Shown here: in pieces, positions 1-10,377 of the stretch
How the letters are laid out: the number at the start of each line of letters is the position of its first letter
Position numbering within the stretch: position 1 is the first letter of the stretch
Source of the DNA: an uncultured Ruminococcus sp.
GTDB lineage: Bacteria; Bacillota; Clostridia; Oscillospirales; Ruminococcaceae
Reading direction: 5' to 3'
DNA: 64,000 nucleotides
NCBI GenBank assembly: GCA_964402055.1
Contig: CAYOAV010000003.1
Location: 5,900 to 69,899, forward strand
The notes under the pieces: model-generated
Told to the model about the DNA's origin: nothing
The model's input: the letters and a program-made list of their open reading frames with translations, nothing else
Database searches by the model: none
Position numbers and translations under genes: made by a program

Positions 1-674
1 TCATTAAGCTGCTCTCTTACCTTATTCTGGATATGAAATTCAATATCAAGGACTTCATTTTCTCTTGAAAGCATTGCAAGCAGCATACCAAGCCTTGAAA
101 CAAGATAATCCTCTTCAAGAAGCTGCTGTCTGTCCTCAACAGGCAGCGGCACATTGCTCACGATAACATCAAAAAATCTTGAAGCGTCATTTTCATTTAA
201 AATTTCGTTTACAAGCTCCTTTGGCATTCTAGGAACATATCCACAATATTGACGGAATGCATTTTTAACCGCACGGACAACAGCTTCTGTTTCAACATCC
301 TCATCAACACATTCAATGTAATTCGGAAGCTCCTTAACAATAGATTTAAGGTATTTATCATCATTTTCAAGCTTCATAAGCTTAGCACGATATTTTCCCT
401 CAATAAGAACTCTTGTAACTTTATCGGGAGTTTTTACGATCTGACGAACCTCTGCGACCGTACCTATTTTATATAGATCCTTTTTTTCAGGAATATCAAC
501 TGAACTATCCATCAGAGCATCGAGAAAAATAAGCTTATCCTCGCTCATTGCAGCTTTGACCGCAAGCACAGAGCTTTCCCTTGAAATATCAAAATGCACA
601 ACAGTATTCGGGAAAACAACAAACCCATTGAGTGCAATCATAGGCATAAGCTTTGTTTCTGCTTTAGTTCTCAT
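1..674 (-). CDS. lon: Lon protease, N-terminal part only (gene runs off the left edge of the window)
   Basis: Absent from the ORF track because no stop lies inside the window. Reverse-strand translation from the ATG at 674-672 gives MRTKAETKLMPMIALNGFVVFPNTVVHFDISRESSVLAVKAAMSEDKLIFL...DLYKIGTVAEVRQIVKTPDKVTRVLIEGKYRAKL, the LON N-terminal substrate-binding domain pattern. An AAGAGG SD lies upstream. The gene follows tig-clpP-clpX. Confidence 0.8.
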   Translation of the reverse strand, partial: MRTKAETKLMPMIALNGFVVFPNTVVHFDISRESSVLAVKAAMSEDKLIFLDALMDSSVDIPEKKDLYKIGTVAEVRQIVKTPDKVTRVLIEGKYRAKLMKLENDDKYLKSIVKELPNYIECVDEDVETEAVVRAVKNAFRQYCGYVPRMPKELVNEILNENDASRFFDVIVSNVPLPVEDRQQLLEEDYLVSRLGMLLAMLSRENEVLDIEFHIQNKVREQLN

Positions 675-794
675 TATAACCTCTTTTCTCCGCCGACATA
701 AAATAGTCTCATATATTCCTGCCCTCGGCGGAAGCAGGACAGTTCAAAGCACGGGATTTGCATAAAATGCATCACAAAGAATTCCCATTTAAAT

Positions 795-823
795 ATTATA
801 TATGAAAATCTATTATTTTGCAA
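795..823 (-). promoter_or_regulatory. Candidate sigma-A promoter for lon (TTGCAA-17 nt-TATAAT)
   Basis: On the minus strand TTGCAA (823-818), a 17-nt spacer and TATAAT (800-795) lie about 120 nt upstream of the lon ATG. Sequence match only. Confidence 0.45.
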
Positions 824-987
824 GTCACATTTTTTATATATTTATTGTCATTTTTAAGCATTTTTGGTTGAAAATATTGATTTTGCCATAAATCTGCCGC
901 TTTTATAGCGAAAACTATAAAAAAAGCCTTAAAAACACTTAAAAATAAGCATTTATAAGACTTTTTTGAACATAATAACAATTTATG

Positions 988-2244
988 TTATTTTTTTCTT
1001 TTTATTTCAGGTGAGCTTCCGCCGTCAACACATTCCTTTGTGATAACAATTTCCGTAATATCACTATCAGACGGAGCTTCAAACATAACAGGCTGGAGTA
1101 TTTTTTCAATTATAGAGCGAAGCCCTCTCGCACCTGTATCCTTATCTATAGCCTGCTTTGCAATAGCCTTAAGAGCATCCTCTTCAATTTCAAGATTGAT
1201 ATTATCCATCTCAAAGAGCTTTTTATACTGCTTTACAAGGGCATTTTTAGGTTCTTTGAGAATACGAACGAGTGCATCCTCGTCAAGCTCATCAAGAACT
1301 GTTATTACAGGCAAACGTCCGACAAGCTCGGGAACAATTCCGTATTTTACGAGATCCTGTGAAGCAACATCCTTATAGATGCCCTTCTGCTTTTCGTTCT
1401 TGGATCTAATTTCCGCACCGAAACCGAGTGAAGATGATTCTGTCCTTCTCTGGATAATCTTATCAAGTCCGTCAAAAGCACCGCCGCAGATAAAGAGGAT
1501 ATTTCTTGTATCGACCTGAATACACTCCTGATTGGGATGCTTTCTACCGCCCTGTGGAGGAACATTTGAAACCGTACCCTCAATTATCTTCAAGAGTGCC
1601 TGCTGAACTCCCTCGCCGCTTACATCACGAGTAATGGAAGTATTTTCCGATTTACGGGCAATCTTGTCGATTTCGTCAATGTATATGATGCCCCTCTGTG
1701 CGGCTTCAACGTCATAATCAGCCGCCTGAAGTAGACGTACAAGTACATTTTCAACATCATCGCCGACATAACCTGCTTCGGTAAGGGTTGTTGCGTCAGC
1801 AATTGCGAATGGTACATTTATAATCTTCGCAAGAGTTTGTGCAATATAGGTTTTACCTACACCAGTAGGACCGAGAAGTATAAGGTTGCTCTTTTGCAAT
1901 TCAACCTCATTATCCTCTGCGTTCATATTATTTATACGCTTATAATGATTATAAACTGCGACTGCAAGTGATGTTTTTGCACCATCCTGACCGATAACAT
2001 ACTCATCGAGAACCTTTTTTATTTCCGCAGGCTTCATAAGCTTGATCGGTGTGTTGGACTTTCTTCCCTCTACACTTCTTGAAGAACGTCTGCCAGGTAC
2101 AAGCAAGTCATTGCCTGCGAGCATTTCGTAGCAATAAACTACGCAATCATCACAAATATTGCAGCTTCCTGCGGAAAACATATTTCTGACCTGATTTTCA
2201 GGCTTTCCACAGAAGTTACATCTTTTCATTCCTTTTTCTGCCAT
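988..2244 (-). CDS. clpX: ATP-dependent Clp protease ATP-binding subunit ClpX
   Basis: 418 aa. It has an N-terminal C4 zinc ribbon (CNFCGK...CDDC), Walker A GPTGVGKT and Walker [10 protein letters not shown], and is collinear with ClpX. It lies directly downstream of clpP. Confidence 0.97.
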   Translation of the reverse strand: MAEKGMKRCNFCGKPENQVRNMFSAGSCNICDDCVVYCYEMLAGNDLLVPGRRSSRSVEGRKSNTPIKLMKPAEIKKVLDEYVIGQDGAKTSLAVAVYNHYKRINNMNAEDNEVELQKSNLILLGPTGVGKTYIAQTLAKIINVPFAIADATTLTEAGYVGDDVENVLVRLLQAADYDVEAAQRGIIYIDEIDKIARKSENTSITRDVSGEGVQQALLKIIEGTVSNVPPQGGRKHPNQECIQVDTRNILFICGGAFDGLDKIIQRRTESSSLGFGAEIRSKNEKQKGIYKDVASQDLVKYGIVPELVGRLPVITVLDELDEDALVRILKEPKNALVKQYKKLFEMDNINLEIEEDALKAIAKQAIDKDTGARGLRSIIEKILQPVMFEAPSDSDITEIVITKECVDGGSSPEIKRKK

Positions 2245-2258
2245 ATCATAACTCCAAA

Positions 2259-2849
2259 TTATCTTTTATAGATAACCTTATCAATAAGTCCGTATTCAAC
2301 TGCTTCCTCTGCAGACATATAATTGTCACGTTCAGTATCCTGTTTAATAATATCAAGCGGCTTTCCCGTATTTTCAGAGAGAATATTATTAAGCTTTTCT
2401 CTTGTTCTTACGAGATGGTCGGCATGAATCTTAATATCGGTACACTGACCTGAAAGACCGCCGCCGCCGATAAGAGGCTGATGTATGAGTATTTCGGAAT
2501 TAGGCAAAGCAAGACGCTTTCCTTTTGCACCCGAAGAAAGAATGAGCGAACCCATTGATGCGGCAAGCCCCATACAAATTGTGGAAACGTCACATTTGAT
2601 ATAATTCATTGTATCAACGATAGCAAGACCTGCTGTTACAGAACCTCCAGGGCTGTTGATATACATACAGATATCCTTTTCAGGATCCTGCCCCTCAAGA
2701 TGAAGAAGCTGTGCGATAACAACGCTCGCAGAAGCGTCTGAAACCTCCTCTGAAAGGACGATTATTCTATCATTGAGAAGTCGGGAAAAAATATCATAAG
2801 AGCGTTCTCCCCTGCCTGTCTGCTCAACAACATATGGAACTAAACTCAT
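2259..2849 (-). CDS. clpP: ATP-dependent Clp protease proteolytic subunit ClpP
   Basis: The ORF-track ORF (2259..2930) starts at an upstream TTG. The ATG at 2849 ([25 protein letters not shown]) gives a canonical ClpP of about 196 aa. The catalytic Ser context GLAASMGS and the His context ILIHQP are present. Confidence 0.95.
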   Translation of the reverse strand: MSLVPYVVEQTGRGERSYDIFSRLLNDRIIVLSEEVSDASASVVIAQLLHLEGQDPEKDICMYINSPGGSVTAGLAIVDTMNYIKCDVSTICMGLAASMGSLILSSGAKGKRLALPNSEILIHQPLIGGGGLSGQCTDIKIHADHLVRTREKLNNILSENTGKPLDIIKQDTERDNYMSAEEAVEYGLIDKVIYKR

Positions 2850-2967
2850 AGCTGTACCTCGCTTTCTGTTTTCGGCGTAAAAATGACATTTTACGCAATA
2901 TGCCGATATACCATACAAACCACCCTCCAAAAATGAGGATGGTTTGCAATTCTATATTTAAACTCAA

Positions 2968-4251
2968 TTAGCCTTCGATTTTTGCGCTATCTTTAACAAT
3001 CTTAGCTGCTTCTGCAACCTTCATATCTGCCTTAAGACCTTCAACGCTGATATACATCTTAACCTGTTCAACAGGCATATTATACTGTTCAGCGATCTTA
3101 GCATATTCCTCGTCAGCCTTTTCATCGCTGATCTCAACGTTCTCAAGCTCTGCAATCTTTTCAAGAGCAAGACGAATCTTAACTTCCTTTTCAGCTCTGT
3201 CAGCAAATGTCTTTCTGAAATCAGCCATCTGCATACCTGTATATGTGAGATAAAGATCAAGTGTAAGACCCTGCTGTGAAAGCTGCATCTCAAAGTTACG
3301 AACCATCTCGTCAATCTGAGCTTCAAACATAACCTGTGGGATTTCAGCAGTCATCTTACCGATAAGAGCTTCATAAAGCTGATTGTCAGCGGCATTTTCA
3401 GCAGCCTTTTCAGCACTTTCTTCGAGCTTCTTTCTATAATCAGCCTTAAGCTCATCAAGTGTATCGAAATCTGTTGCGTCCTTAACAAATTCATCATCAA
3501 GGTCAGGGAGTTCCTTAGCTCTGAGTTCGTGAAGCTTAATCTTGAACTCGGCAGGCTGACCTGCAAGCTCCTTCATCTGATAATTTTCAGGGAAGGTTAC
3601 ATTGATAGTGAATTCCTCGCCAGCATTCTTGCCAACGATCTGATCCTCAAAGCCAGGTATAAACTGACCTGAACCAAGGTTAAGCTCATAATTCTTTTCA
3701 GAACCGCCGTCGAATGCAACACCATCCTTAAAGCCTTCAAAATCAATAACAGCAACATCCCCGTTCTGTGCAGCTCTGCCTTCAACAGTTACAAGTCTGC
3801 CGTTTCTTTCACGGAGAGCTTCAATTGCCTTATCGATCTTTTCGTCTGTAACCTCTTCTACAGTCTTCTTAACTTCAATTCCTTTATAATCGGAAACTTC
3901 TACTTCAGGCTTAGCTGTGCAAGTAACTTCGTAAACTACGCCATCATTCTTATTAATGCTCTTAACATTGATTTCAGGATTAGCAACAAGCTTAATACCT
4001 GCTTCTTCAACTGCAGGAGCAACAACTACAGGGATAAGCTCGTTTACAGCGTCCTCCCAGAACACATTTTCACCGTAAAGCTTCTCAACCATTTTTCTGG
4101 GAGCATTACCCTTTCTAAAGCCCTTTACAGCGATATTCTTCTTTGCTTTTCTATAAGCTTTTTCAACAGCCTCTTCAAACTGAGCTGCGTCAGCACTGAT
4201 TTCAAGCACATAAGTATTTGCTTCTGTTTTATTATTTGATACTAAACTCAT
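2968..4251 (-). CDS. tig: Trigger factor (ribosome-associated PPIase chaperone)
   Basis: About 427 aa from the ATG at 4251, which has a GGAGG SD (the track start at 4278 is 9 codons upstream). GFRKGNAPRKMVEKLYG is the ribosome-binding signature and an FKBP-type middle domain is present. The tig-clpP-clpX order is conserved. Confidence 0.95.
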   Translation of the reverse strand: MSLVSNNKTEANTYVLEISADAAQFEEAVEKAYRKAKKNIAVKGFRKGNAPRKMVEKLYGENVFWEDAVNELIPVVVAPAVEEAGIKLVANPEINVKSINKNDGVVYEVTCTAKPEVEVSDYKGIEVKKTVEEVTDEKIDKAIEALRERNGRLVTVEGRAAQNGDVAVIDFEGFKDGVAFDGGSEKNYELNLGSGQFIPGFEDQIVGKNAGEEFTINVTFPENYQMKELAGQPAEFKIKLHELRAKELPDLDDEFVKDATDFDTLDELKADYRKKLEESAEKAAENAADNQLYEALIGKMTAEIPQVMFEAQIDEMVRNFEMQLSQQGLTLDLYLTYTGMQMADFRKTFADRAEKEVKIRLALEKIAELENVEISDEKADEEYAKIAEQYNMPVEQVKMYISVEGLKADMKVAEAAKIVKDSAKIEG

Positions 4252-4348
4252 TATTAACTTCCTCCATATAATAAACAATACAATTGATTATATCATATTT
4301 TTACTTACATTACCATATTTTTGCCCATTTTTCCACGTTATAAACAAT

Positions 4349-5035
4349 TTACATAATCAATTTAGGGCAAAATTGCACAAAATCACCCGCAATAAGCTGA
4401 TAATTTATTCCGTCCACCTCACCACATACAGCAAACCTGTGTGCATTTCCATGAAGATGACCGTAATAGCAATTTTTAATGTCATATTTAAACAGCACCG
4501 CAAGTATTTCACGGTTATAATCATTAGCGAAAATCGGCGGATAATGCAGAAAAACGATAGGCTTTTTACCGTCATTAAGAGCTGATTTTATTGATGCTTC
4601 AAGCCTTCCTGCTTCACGAGCAAGAACCTTTACATCGGCAGGCTCCTCGGAATCCTTTATCCAGCCTCTTGTACCGCAGATACCGTATTCACCGTATGGA
4701 TAATGATTATTATGCAATATTGTAATCGTGTCAAAATGATTTTCTTCAAGAAATCGGTTCATCTTAGCCATGGAATTCCACCAATAATCGTGATTTCCTT
4801 TAAGAATGACCTTTTTTCCGTTAAGACGATTGATGAAATCGAAATCCGCTTTTGCTTCATCAAAATTTATCGCCCAGGAAATATCCCCAGGAATAACGAC
4901 CGTATCACCTTCCGAAACAGTATTCTGCCAATTATTTTCCAGACGTTCAACGTGGTTGTCCCAGCCTGCAAAAATATTCATCGGCTTATTCGCCGAAAGC
5001 GAAAGGTGAAGATCGGCAATTGCATATAATGACAT
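4349..5035 (-). CDS. Calcineurin-like metallophosphoesterase
   Basis: 228 aa with the motifs DLHL, GDISW and GNHDYWW, plus His residues in the HGHLHG region. Its start overlaps the thrC stop by 1 nt (TAATG). Confidence 0.8.
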   Translation of the reverse strand: MSLYAIADLHLSLSANKPMNIFAGWDNHVERLENNWQNTVSEGDTVVIPGDISWAINFDEAKADFDFINRLNGKKVILKGNHDYWWNSMAKMNRFLEENHFDTITILHNNHYPYGEYGICGTRGWIKDSEEPADVKVLAREAGRLEASIKSALNDGKKPIVFLHYPPIFANDYNREILAVLFKYDIKNCYYGHLHGNAHRFAVCGEVDGINYQLIAGDFVQFCPKLIM

Positions 5036-6528
5036 TACAAACCAAGCTCGGCAAGAACGTAATCCTTCTGTTCGTCCTTGGAAATTACCTTGCTGAAACG
5101 TACAGGCTTTGTACGGAGAGCGGCAAGTGACTCGGGAACAGGATAACCAGAAAGCTCATTAAGTCTGTCAATCATATCATATTCATCAAGCTCGGACTTT
5201 TTGCCCTCGATAGCTTCAAGAACGCTCGCACTGAACTTGTATGGGCTTGCAGTCGAAGCAATTACAGTCTTGGTATTATCACCTGTTGCAGCCTTATAAT
5301 CCTCATAAACCTTGACAGCAACAGCGGAATGTGTATCAAGGGTATAAGAATACTTATCAAAGATAGCCTTGATAGTAGCCTTTGTTTCCTCATCTGTGCA
5401 GAAGCCTGCGGAAAATTCTTCCTTAAGCTTTGCCTTGATATCATCGGAAACCTCATATCTTCCCTCGGAAGAAAGCTTACCGAACCACTCTCTGATCTGA
5501 GCGTCGTTATAGCCTGTCATAATATAGAGAAGTCTTTCAAGGTTGCTTGAAATAAGAATATCCATTGACGGAGAAATAGTTGTAATAAAATCTCTGTTTC
5601 TGTCATAAATACCAGTTGTGAGGAAATCAGTAAGAACCTTATTTGAGTTAGAAGCACAAATAAGCTTATTAACAGGAAGTCCCATATTCTTAGCATAATA
5701 AGCGGCAAGAATATTACCAAAGTTACCTGTCGGAACAACAATATTTATCTTATCTCCTGCCTTTATCTCATTATCCTTAACGAGGGAAGCATAAGCGGAG
5801 ATATAATAAATAATCTGCGGAGCAAGACGTCCCCAGTTGATAGAGTTAGCGCTAGAGAACATAAGCTTATTTTCTTCAAGCTTCGCTGCAATTTCAGAGT
5901 TACCGAAGATATTTTTAACTCCTGTCTGACAATCGTCAAAATTGCCTTTAAGGGCACATACAGCAACGTTTTCGCCGTCCTGTGTTGTCATCTGACGCTT
6001 CTGCATCGGGCTAACGCCGTCCTCAGGATAGAATACCATTATCTGTGTGCCGGGAACATCAGCAAAGCCTTCAAGAGCAGCCTTTCCTGTATCGCCTGAT
6101 GTTGCAACAAGGATAACGATCTTCTTATCTATATTTATTTTCTTAGCTGAGGTTGTGAGAAGGTATGGCAAAATCTGGAGAGCCATATCCTTGAATGCAC
6201 AGGTAGGTCCATGCCAAAGCTCAAGCACATAAGTACCCTCAAAAAGATGGGATATTTCAGCAATATTTTCACTTTCAAAATTCTTTACAGAATAAGCGTT
6301 ATCAGTACAATAACGAATTTCTGCGTCAGTGAAATCGGAAAGATACTTTGCAAAAATATAAGTAGCTCTTTCGGAGTAGCTCATATCGCCAAGCTTAACG
6401 ATCTCTTCCATTGAAACAGAGGGGATCTCAGCGGGAACAAAAAGTCCTCCATCCTTAGAAATTCCCTGAACGATTGCTTCTGCAGACGTAATTTTTACGC
6501 TGCTGTCACGGGTGCTTTTGTAATACAT
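5035..6528 (-). CDS. thrC: Threonine synthase (long form)
   Basis: 497 aa. The PLP-lysine context is GPTCAFKDMALQ and the protein is collinear with long-type ThrC. Confidence 0.9.
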   Translation of the reverse strand: MYYKSTRDSSVKITSAEAIVQGISKDGGLFVPAEIPSVSMEEIVKLGDMSYSERATYIFAKYLSDFTDAEIRYCTDNAYSVKNFESENIAEISHLFEGTYVLELWHGPTCAFKDMALQILPYLLTTSAKKINIDKKIVILVATSGDTGKAALEGFADVPGTQIMVFYPEDGVSPMQKRQMTTQDGENVAVCALKGNFDDCQTGVKNIFGNSEIAAKLEENKLMFSSANSINWGRLAPQIIYYISAYASLVKDNEIKAGDKINIVVPTGNFGNILAAYYAKNMGLPVNKLICASNSNKVLTDFLTTGIYDRNRDFITTISPSMDILISSNLERLLYIMTGYNDAQIREWFGKLSSEGRYEVSDDIKAKLKEEFSAGFCTDEETKATIKAIFDKYSYTLDTHSAVAVKVYEDYKAATGDNTKTVIASTASPYKFSASVLEAIEGKKSELDEYDMIDRLNELSGYPVPESLAALRTKPVRFSKVISKDEQKDYVLAELGL

Positions 6529-6543
6529 AATTCAACAATCCTT

Positions 6544-6921
6544 TTATAATATAGTCATTATATCGCTTGCATCAAAGGCATTTTCGATATAATTAAATCC
6601 AACAATTTTCCTGCCGTCGGCAATTATCTGTACGACATCAAACCTCGGCTGAAGTTCATGCGGGAATTTGACGGAATAAACCTGCGAGGCACGGATAATA
6701 AGCCGTTTTTTTCGCATAGTAACAGCGTCAAAGCCGCTTTCGATAAAATCAGGAGTACGGGTCTTTACTTCGACAAATGTGATAATACCATCCTTTTCGG
6801 CGATAATATCAATTTCTCCGCCCTTTATCCGAAAATTTCTCTTTAAGATTTTATATCCCTTTTTTTCAAGATAAAACGCAGCAACCTTTTCTCCAAACTC
6901 GCCCAATTCCTTAGCCGTCAT
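6544..6921 (-). CDS. yraN: YraN family (UPF0102) endonuclease-like protein
   Basis: 125 aa with GEIDIIAEKDGIITFVEVKTR, the typical UPF0102 core. It follows rnhB as in other Firmicutes. Confidence 0.85.
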   Translation of the reverse strand: MTAKELGEFGEKVAAFYLEKKGYKILKRNFRIKGGEIDIIAEKDGIITFVEVKTRTPDFIESGFDAVTMRKKRLIIRASQVYSVKFPHELQPRFDVVQIIADGRKIVGFNYIENAFDASDIMTIL

Positions 6922-7535
6922 AGCTTCTCGCCGCCGTTTTTAGCATACAGCTTACGCAAAAAGGTTTTTCTATGGACAGGTGATGCACCATATTTGAGTA
7001 TCATCTCGTTATGGAGCTTTGTTCCATAGCCCTTATGACGTTCAAACTGATACTGGGGATATTCCTCAGCAAGCTTCATCATATATCTGTCACGCTCAAC
7101 CTTTGCAAGAATTGAAGCGGCAGCAATACTCGCCGAAGTTCCGTCACCCTTTACAAGCGTTTTAACATCGCAGTCAAGGTGCGGTGTTCTGTTACCATCA
7201 ACAAGTGCAAGCTGAACGTCCTTTCCAAGACCTTCAACCGCTCTTTTCATCGCAAGGAAGGTTGCTTCAAGAATATTTATTTCATCAATTTCCTCAACGC
7301 TTGCAGCTGCGATGCAGTATGCTTCTGCTTTTGCGATTATCTCGTCATAGAGCAGTTCTCGTTTTTTTTCAGAAAGCTTTTTACTATCATTAAGACCTTC
7401 GATAACAATTCCCTCAGGCAATATCACAGCGGCAGCATAGACATCACCTGCAAGAGGACCTCTACCAGCCTCATCAACACCGCAGAAAATACCATTTTCA
7501 GCACGGAACTCACTATCATACTCAAACAGCGTCAT
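6918..7535 (-). CDS. rnhB: Ribonuclease HII
   Basis: GVDEAGRGPLAG catalytic motif. The likely start is the ATG at 7535 (MTLFEYDSEF); the track start at 7610 lies inside rbgA. Confidence 0.9.
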   Translation of the reverse strand: MTLFEYDSEFRAENGIFCGVDEAGRGPLAGDVYAAAVILPEGIVIEGLNDSKKLSEKKRELLYDEIIAKAEAYCIAAASVEEIDEINILEATFLAMKRAVEGLGKDVQLALVDGNRTPHLDCDVKTLVKGDGTSASIAAASILAKVERDRYMMKLAEEYPQYQFERHKGYGTKLHNEMILKYGASPVHRKTFLRKLYAKNGGEKL

Positions 7536-8415
7536 TATCCTTAGTCCTTTCGCCCTTTTCGGGAAGTTCAAGAGTGACCCTGCCAAGCTTACCACTTCTG
7601 AACTCGTCAAGCACGGTAATAGCGGCTCTTTCTGTGTTTATCTCTCCGCCCGATATAAGCATTCCGCGAGCCTTGCCGACCTTTTGCAGTAGCTCATAGC
7701 CGTCCTCATCGTGTTCAGTTGATATCTTATACCTTGTACAAAGCGTGTCCTTATACATATCGTTAAGAACAAAAAGCAAACGTGACGCAAGAGCTTCAAC
7801 GTCCACAACATCGTCCTTGACAGCACCTGTAAAGGCAAGCCTTTCGCCGACAATTTTATCTTCAAATTTTGGCCAAAGAACACCAGGCATATCAAGCAAT
7901 TCAACATCATCGGCAATTTTCACCCATTGTTTATTGAGCGTTACACCAGGTCTGTCCTCAACCTTAGCTTTTTTCTGTTTTGCGAGGCGGTTTATCAGCG
8001 AAGATTTTCCGACATTCGGAATACCAACGATCATAACGTGCAGAACACGTCCCGACATACCCTTTGCCTCAAATTTTGCAATAGTATCCTTCAGAACAGT
8101 TTTCACAGCAGGAACGAACTTATTTACTCCTCTGCCGCTGCGGCAATCTGTCGGTATAGCTGTTATCCCGATACTATTATAATATGATATCCATTTCTGA
8201 ACAGCCTGTTCATCGGCGGTATCACACTTATTAAGAATAACTATTCTTGGTTTTCCCTCGATGAGGTTCTGCAAATCGGGATTTCTGCTTGAAACAGGAA
8301 TCCTTGCATCAATAACCTCTGCAACAGCGTCAACAAGCGGAAGAGATGATTTTATCATTCGCTTGGTTTTCGCCATATGCCCAGGGAACCATTGAATAGA
8401 TGGTATTTCAGTCAT
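7522..8415 (-). CDS. rbgA: Ribosome biogenesis GTPase A (YlqF/RbgA)
   Basis: 297 aa circularly permuted GTPase with WFPGHMAK, NKCD and GIPNVGKSSLINRL. Confidence 0.9.
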   Translation of the reverse strand: MTEIPSIQWFPGHMAKTKRMIKSSLPLVDAVAEVIDARIPVSSRNPDLQNLIEGKPRIVILNKCDTADEQAVQKWISYYNSIGITAIPTDCRSGRGVNKFVPAVKTVLKDTIAKFEAKGMSGRVLHVMIVGIPNVGKSSLINRLAKQKKAKVEDRPGVTLNKQWVKIADDVELLDMPGVLWPKFEDKIVGERLAFTGAVKDDVVDVEALASRLLFVLNDMYKDTLCTRYKISTEHDEDGYELLQKVGKARGMLISGGEINTERAAITVLDEFRSGKLGRVTLELPEKGERTKDNDAV

Positions 8416-8428
8416 TTACGCCTCCGTT

Positions 8429-9010
8429 TCAGGCAGGGATGCCAAAGCTTGAAAACGGGAATATTCTGAGAACAACCTTACCGAGAATTTCGTCCTCTGA
8501 AACAAATCCGACAAGCTCGCTTCGGCTGTCTGTTGAGTTCATTCTGTTATCACCCATAACGAATACACAATCCTTAGGAACAGTCACGGGATAATCATGT
8601 CCGTTTTCGTCAAGTAAAGTGAGATTATTGATATAATCCTCCTGCAAAACCTTTCCGTCAACAGTTACCTCGCCGCTGTCAAAATCGATATCAACAATCT
8701 GACCGCCTGTTGCGATAACTCTCTTAACGATAACCTTATCAAGGGAAGGATTATCGTTGTCAATGATAACAATATCGCCGTTCTTTGGAGTATAGAAAAG
8801 ATATGAAACGATCAGTCTGTCCTTGTCAACAAGTGTGGGTAGCATAGATTCTCCGTTCACTGCGGCAAGTCTGAAAACAAAGGTAAAAAAGAGTATAACA
8901 GCAAAAAATGCAACAACAAGCGTTTCAACCCATTCAAACAGGTTTTCGGAGCTTGAAATCTTCTTTTCTTCCTCGTCAAGAACCTCATAATTAAGCTCAT
9001 ATTTTCCCAT
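8429..9010 (-). CDS. lepB: Signal peptidase I
   Basis: An N-terminal TM segment is followed by GESMLPTL (catalytic Ser box), KRVIATGG (Lys box) and GDNRMNSTDSR. The likely ATG is at 9010; the track start is 9094. Confidence 0.88.
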   Translation of the reverse strand: MGKYELNYEVLDEEEKKISSSENLFEWVETLVVAFFAVILFFTFVFRLAAVNGESMLPTLVDKDRLIVSYLFYTPKNGDIVIIDNDNPSLDKVIVKRVIATGGQIVDIDFDSGEVTVDGKVLQEDYINNLTLLDENGHDYPVTVPKDCVFVMGDNRMNSTDSRSELVGFVSEDEILGKVVLRIFPFSSFGIPA

Positions 9011-9091
9011 AATCGTCAACCCTTTCCAATATTTTATTGATTTTAATGTTCCGACAACCTGCATGCTATCGGCACAGCATTGACTATGTAG

Positions 9092-9116
9092 CAAAAAAGG
9101 GACAAAGCTGTCCCTT
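9092..9116 (-). terminator. Intrinsic terminator downstream of rplS
   Basis: The minus strand reads AAGGGACA-GCTT-TGTCCCTT followed by TTTTTT, directly after the rplS stop. Confidence 0.75.
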
Positions 9117-9129
9117 ATATGCGATAAAA

Positions 9130-9474
9130 TTACTTGATCTGCTCCTTAACCTTAGCAGCCTTACCAACTCTGCCACGGATATAATAGAGCTTGCTGCGGC
9201 GAACCTTACCGCTTCTTACGAGTTCAACCTTCTCAATGATGGGAGAATGAACAGGGAATACCCTTTCAACGCCGCATCCGTAGGAAAGACGTCTAACTGT
9301 GAATGTTTCGTTGATACCGCCGTGCTTCTTAGCGATTACAGTACCCTCGAAGATCTGGATTCTGTACTTGTCGCCTTCCTTGATTCTAACGTGTACCTTT
9401 ACTGTGTCACCAACGTTTACAACGGGTGCGTTTTCTTTCATGCTACTCTGGCTAATAAGCTTAAGTGCGTCCAT
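9130..9474 (-). CDS. rplS: 50S ribosomal protein L19
   Basis: About 114 aa from the ATG at 9474 with a [40 protein letters not shown]...FTVRR is the L19 signature. Confidence 0.95.
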   Translation of the reverse strand: MDALKLISQSSMKENAPVVNVGDTVKVHVRIKEGDKYRIQIFEGTVIAKKHGGINETFTVRRLSYGCGVERVFPVHSPIIEKVELVRSGKVRRSKLYYIRGRVGKAAKVKEQIK

Positions 9475-9644
9475 GGATAAATTCCTCCTAATAATTTCAG
9501 ACATTCTTACCTCACGCAAGCTGACCGATACAACGATCTGTGGCAGCGGACTGTCCTTTTAATGTCAACCGTATTTACGGCGGCACTAATCTCGTGTCAT
9601 AGCATATTTCTACGTCTACGAAACGGATTTTCAAATGCTATTTA

Positions 9645-9673
9645 ATTTTAACACATCATTCCGAAAATTACAA
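9645..9673 (-). promoter_or_regulatory. Candidate rplS promoter (TTGTAA-17 nt-TAAAAT) preceding a leader of about 170 nt
   Basis: The minus strand has TTGTAA (9673-9668), a 17-nt spacer and TAAAAT (9650-9645). Sequence match only. The leader contains an ATAGCAT...ATGCTAT stem. Confidence 0.35.
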
Positions 9674-9705
9674 GTGATTTCACGAAAAAAATCATAATCT
9701 GCTGA

Positions 9706-10377
9706 TTATACAAACAAATCGCCATTATTTTTTAGGATTTTTGTGCGTTTTGTACTAATTTTCAAGTTATCAACACCGCAATACCTTTGCAAAGCTTCGC
9801 AAAACACATTTGAATTAATGTTAAGCTCCTGACCTGCCGGCAAATTCACCGTCAGAATGACCGAATCACCGTATTTTTCACAGGAAACAAGTGTAATATT
9901 CGGTCTTATATCAATAAGTATCATTCCCTTTTTCTTTGAATGCTTTTCGACCTCGATTTTTTCAAGGCTCATCATATGACCGAAGCCTGCAATTATATCC
10001 TCAGGTGTTTTATTTTCACAAATAAGAGTAAATTCATACTCGGAAAAAGCAATTTCCTTATTTTTACTCTGAGGTGCTGTCATAGAAATGAAATGCAGTC
10101 CTTCGGGAAGAACCGCATTCAGCCTTTTGCACATTTCATCATATGGCAGCTGCTCCACCGTTTCAAAATCCATAATTTCGCAGTCACTTTCCACTCCAAG
10201 AGCAAGTGCAAGCGGAAAATTCAGATAGATTCTTGGGTTAAAGCCCTCCGAATACCAGACAGGAAGCCTTGAACGCTTCATCGCACGCTGCATAGTTCTG
10301 AAAAGATCAAGATGCGAAATAAAAACAGCACGTCCTTTTTTTTCAAAAACTCCCCTTACCTCATATTTTTCAGTCAA
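9706..10377 (-). CDS. TIGR03936-family (DUF2344) radical-SAM-associated protein
   Basis: 223 aa. It overlaps the upstream TIGR03960-type radical SAM gene by 8 nt, the usual paired arrangement. N-terminal FISHLDLFRTMQRAMKRSRLP is typical of the family. Confidence 0.75.
   Translation of the reverse strand: MTEKYEVRGVFEKKGRAVFISHLDLFRTMQRAMKRSRLPVWYSEGFNPRIYLNFPLALALGVESDCEIMDFETVEQLPYDEMCKRLNAVLPEGLHFISMTAPQSKNKEIAFSEYEFTLICENKTPEDIIAGFGHMMSLEKIEVEKHSKKKGMILIDIRPNITLVSCEKYGDSVILTVNLPAGQELNINSNVFCEALQRYCGVDNLKISTKRTKILKNNGDLFV

Noticed and set aside
796-981. 61-aa ORF in the clpX-lon intergenic region.
   Set aside because: It is very AT-rich with no SD, and it overlaps the predicted lon promoter. 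The translation has no recognisable features.
2850-2930. N-terminal extensions in the ORF track for clpP. The same applies to tig, rnhB, lepB, rplS, U32, tmk, sigG, GNAT (26145), potA (30152), SLT, the S1 protein, glnN, ynbB, M42, murD, DUF2461 and SBP1.
   Set aside because: The extensions start at non-ATG or unsupported codons. They overlap upstream genes, terminators or promoters, and they precede an internal ATG with a good SD that yields the canonical family N-terminus.
2850-2967. Search for CtsR (GGTCAAA direct repeat) or CIRCE operators upstream of clpP and lon. I also noted a hairpin AAACCACCCTC...GAGGATGGTTT (2917-2945) after tig.
   Set aside because: No GGTCAAA repeats or CIRCE-like inverted repeat were seen by eye. 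The hairpin lacks a following T-run on the transcribed strand, so I did not call it a terminator or an operator.
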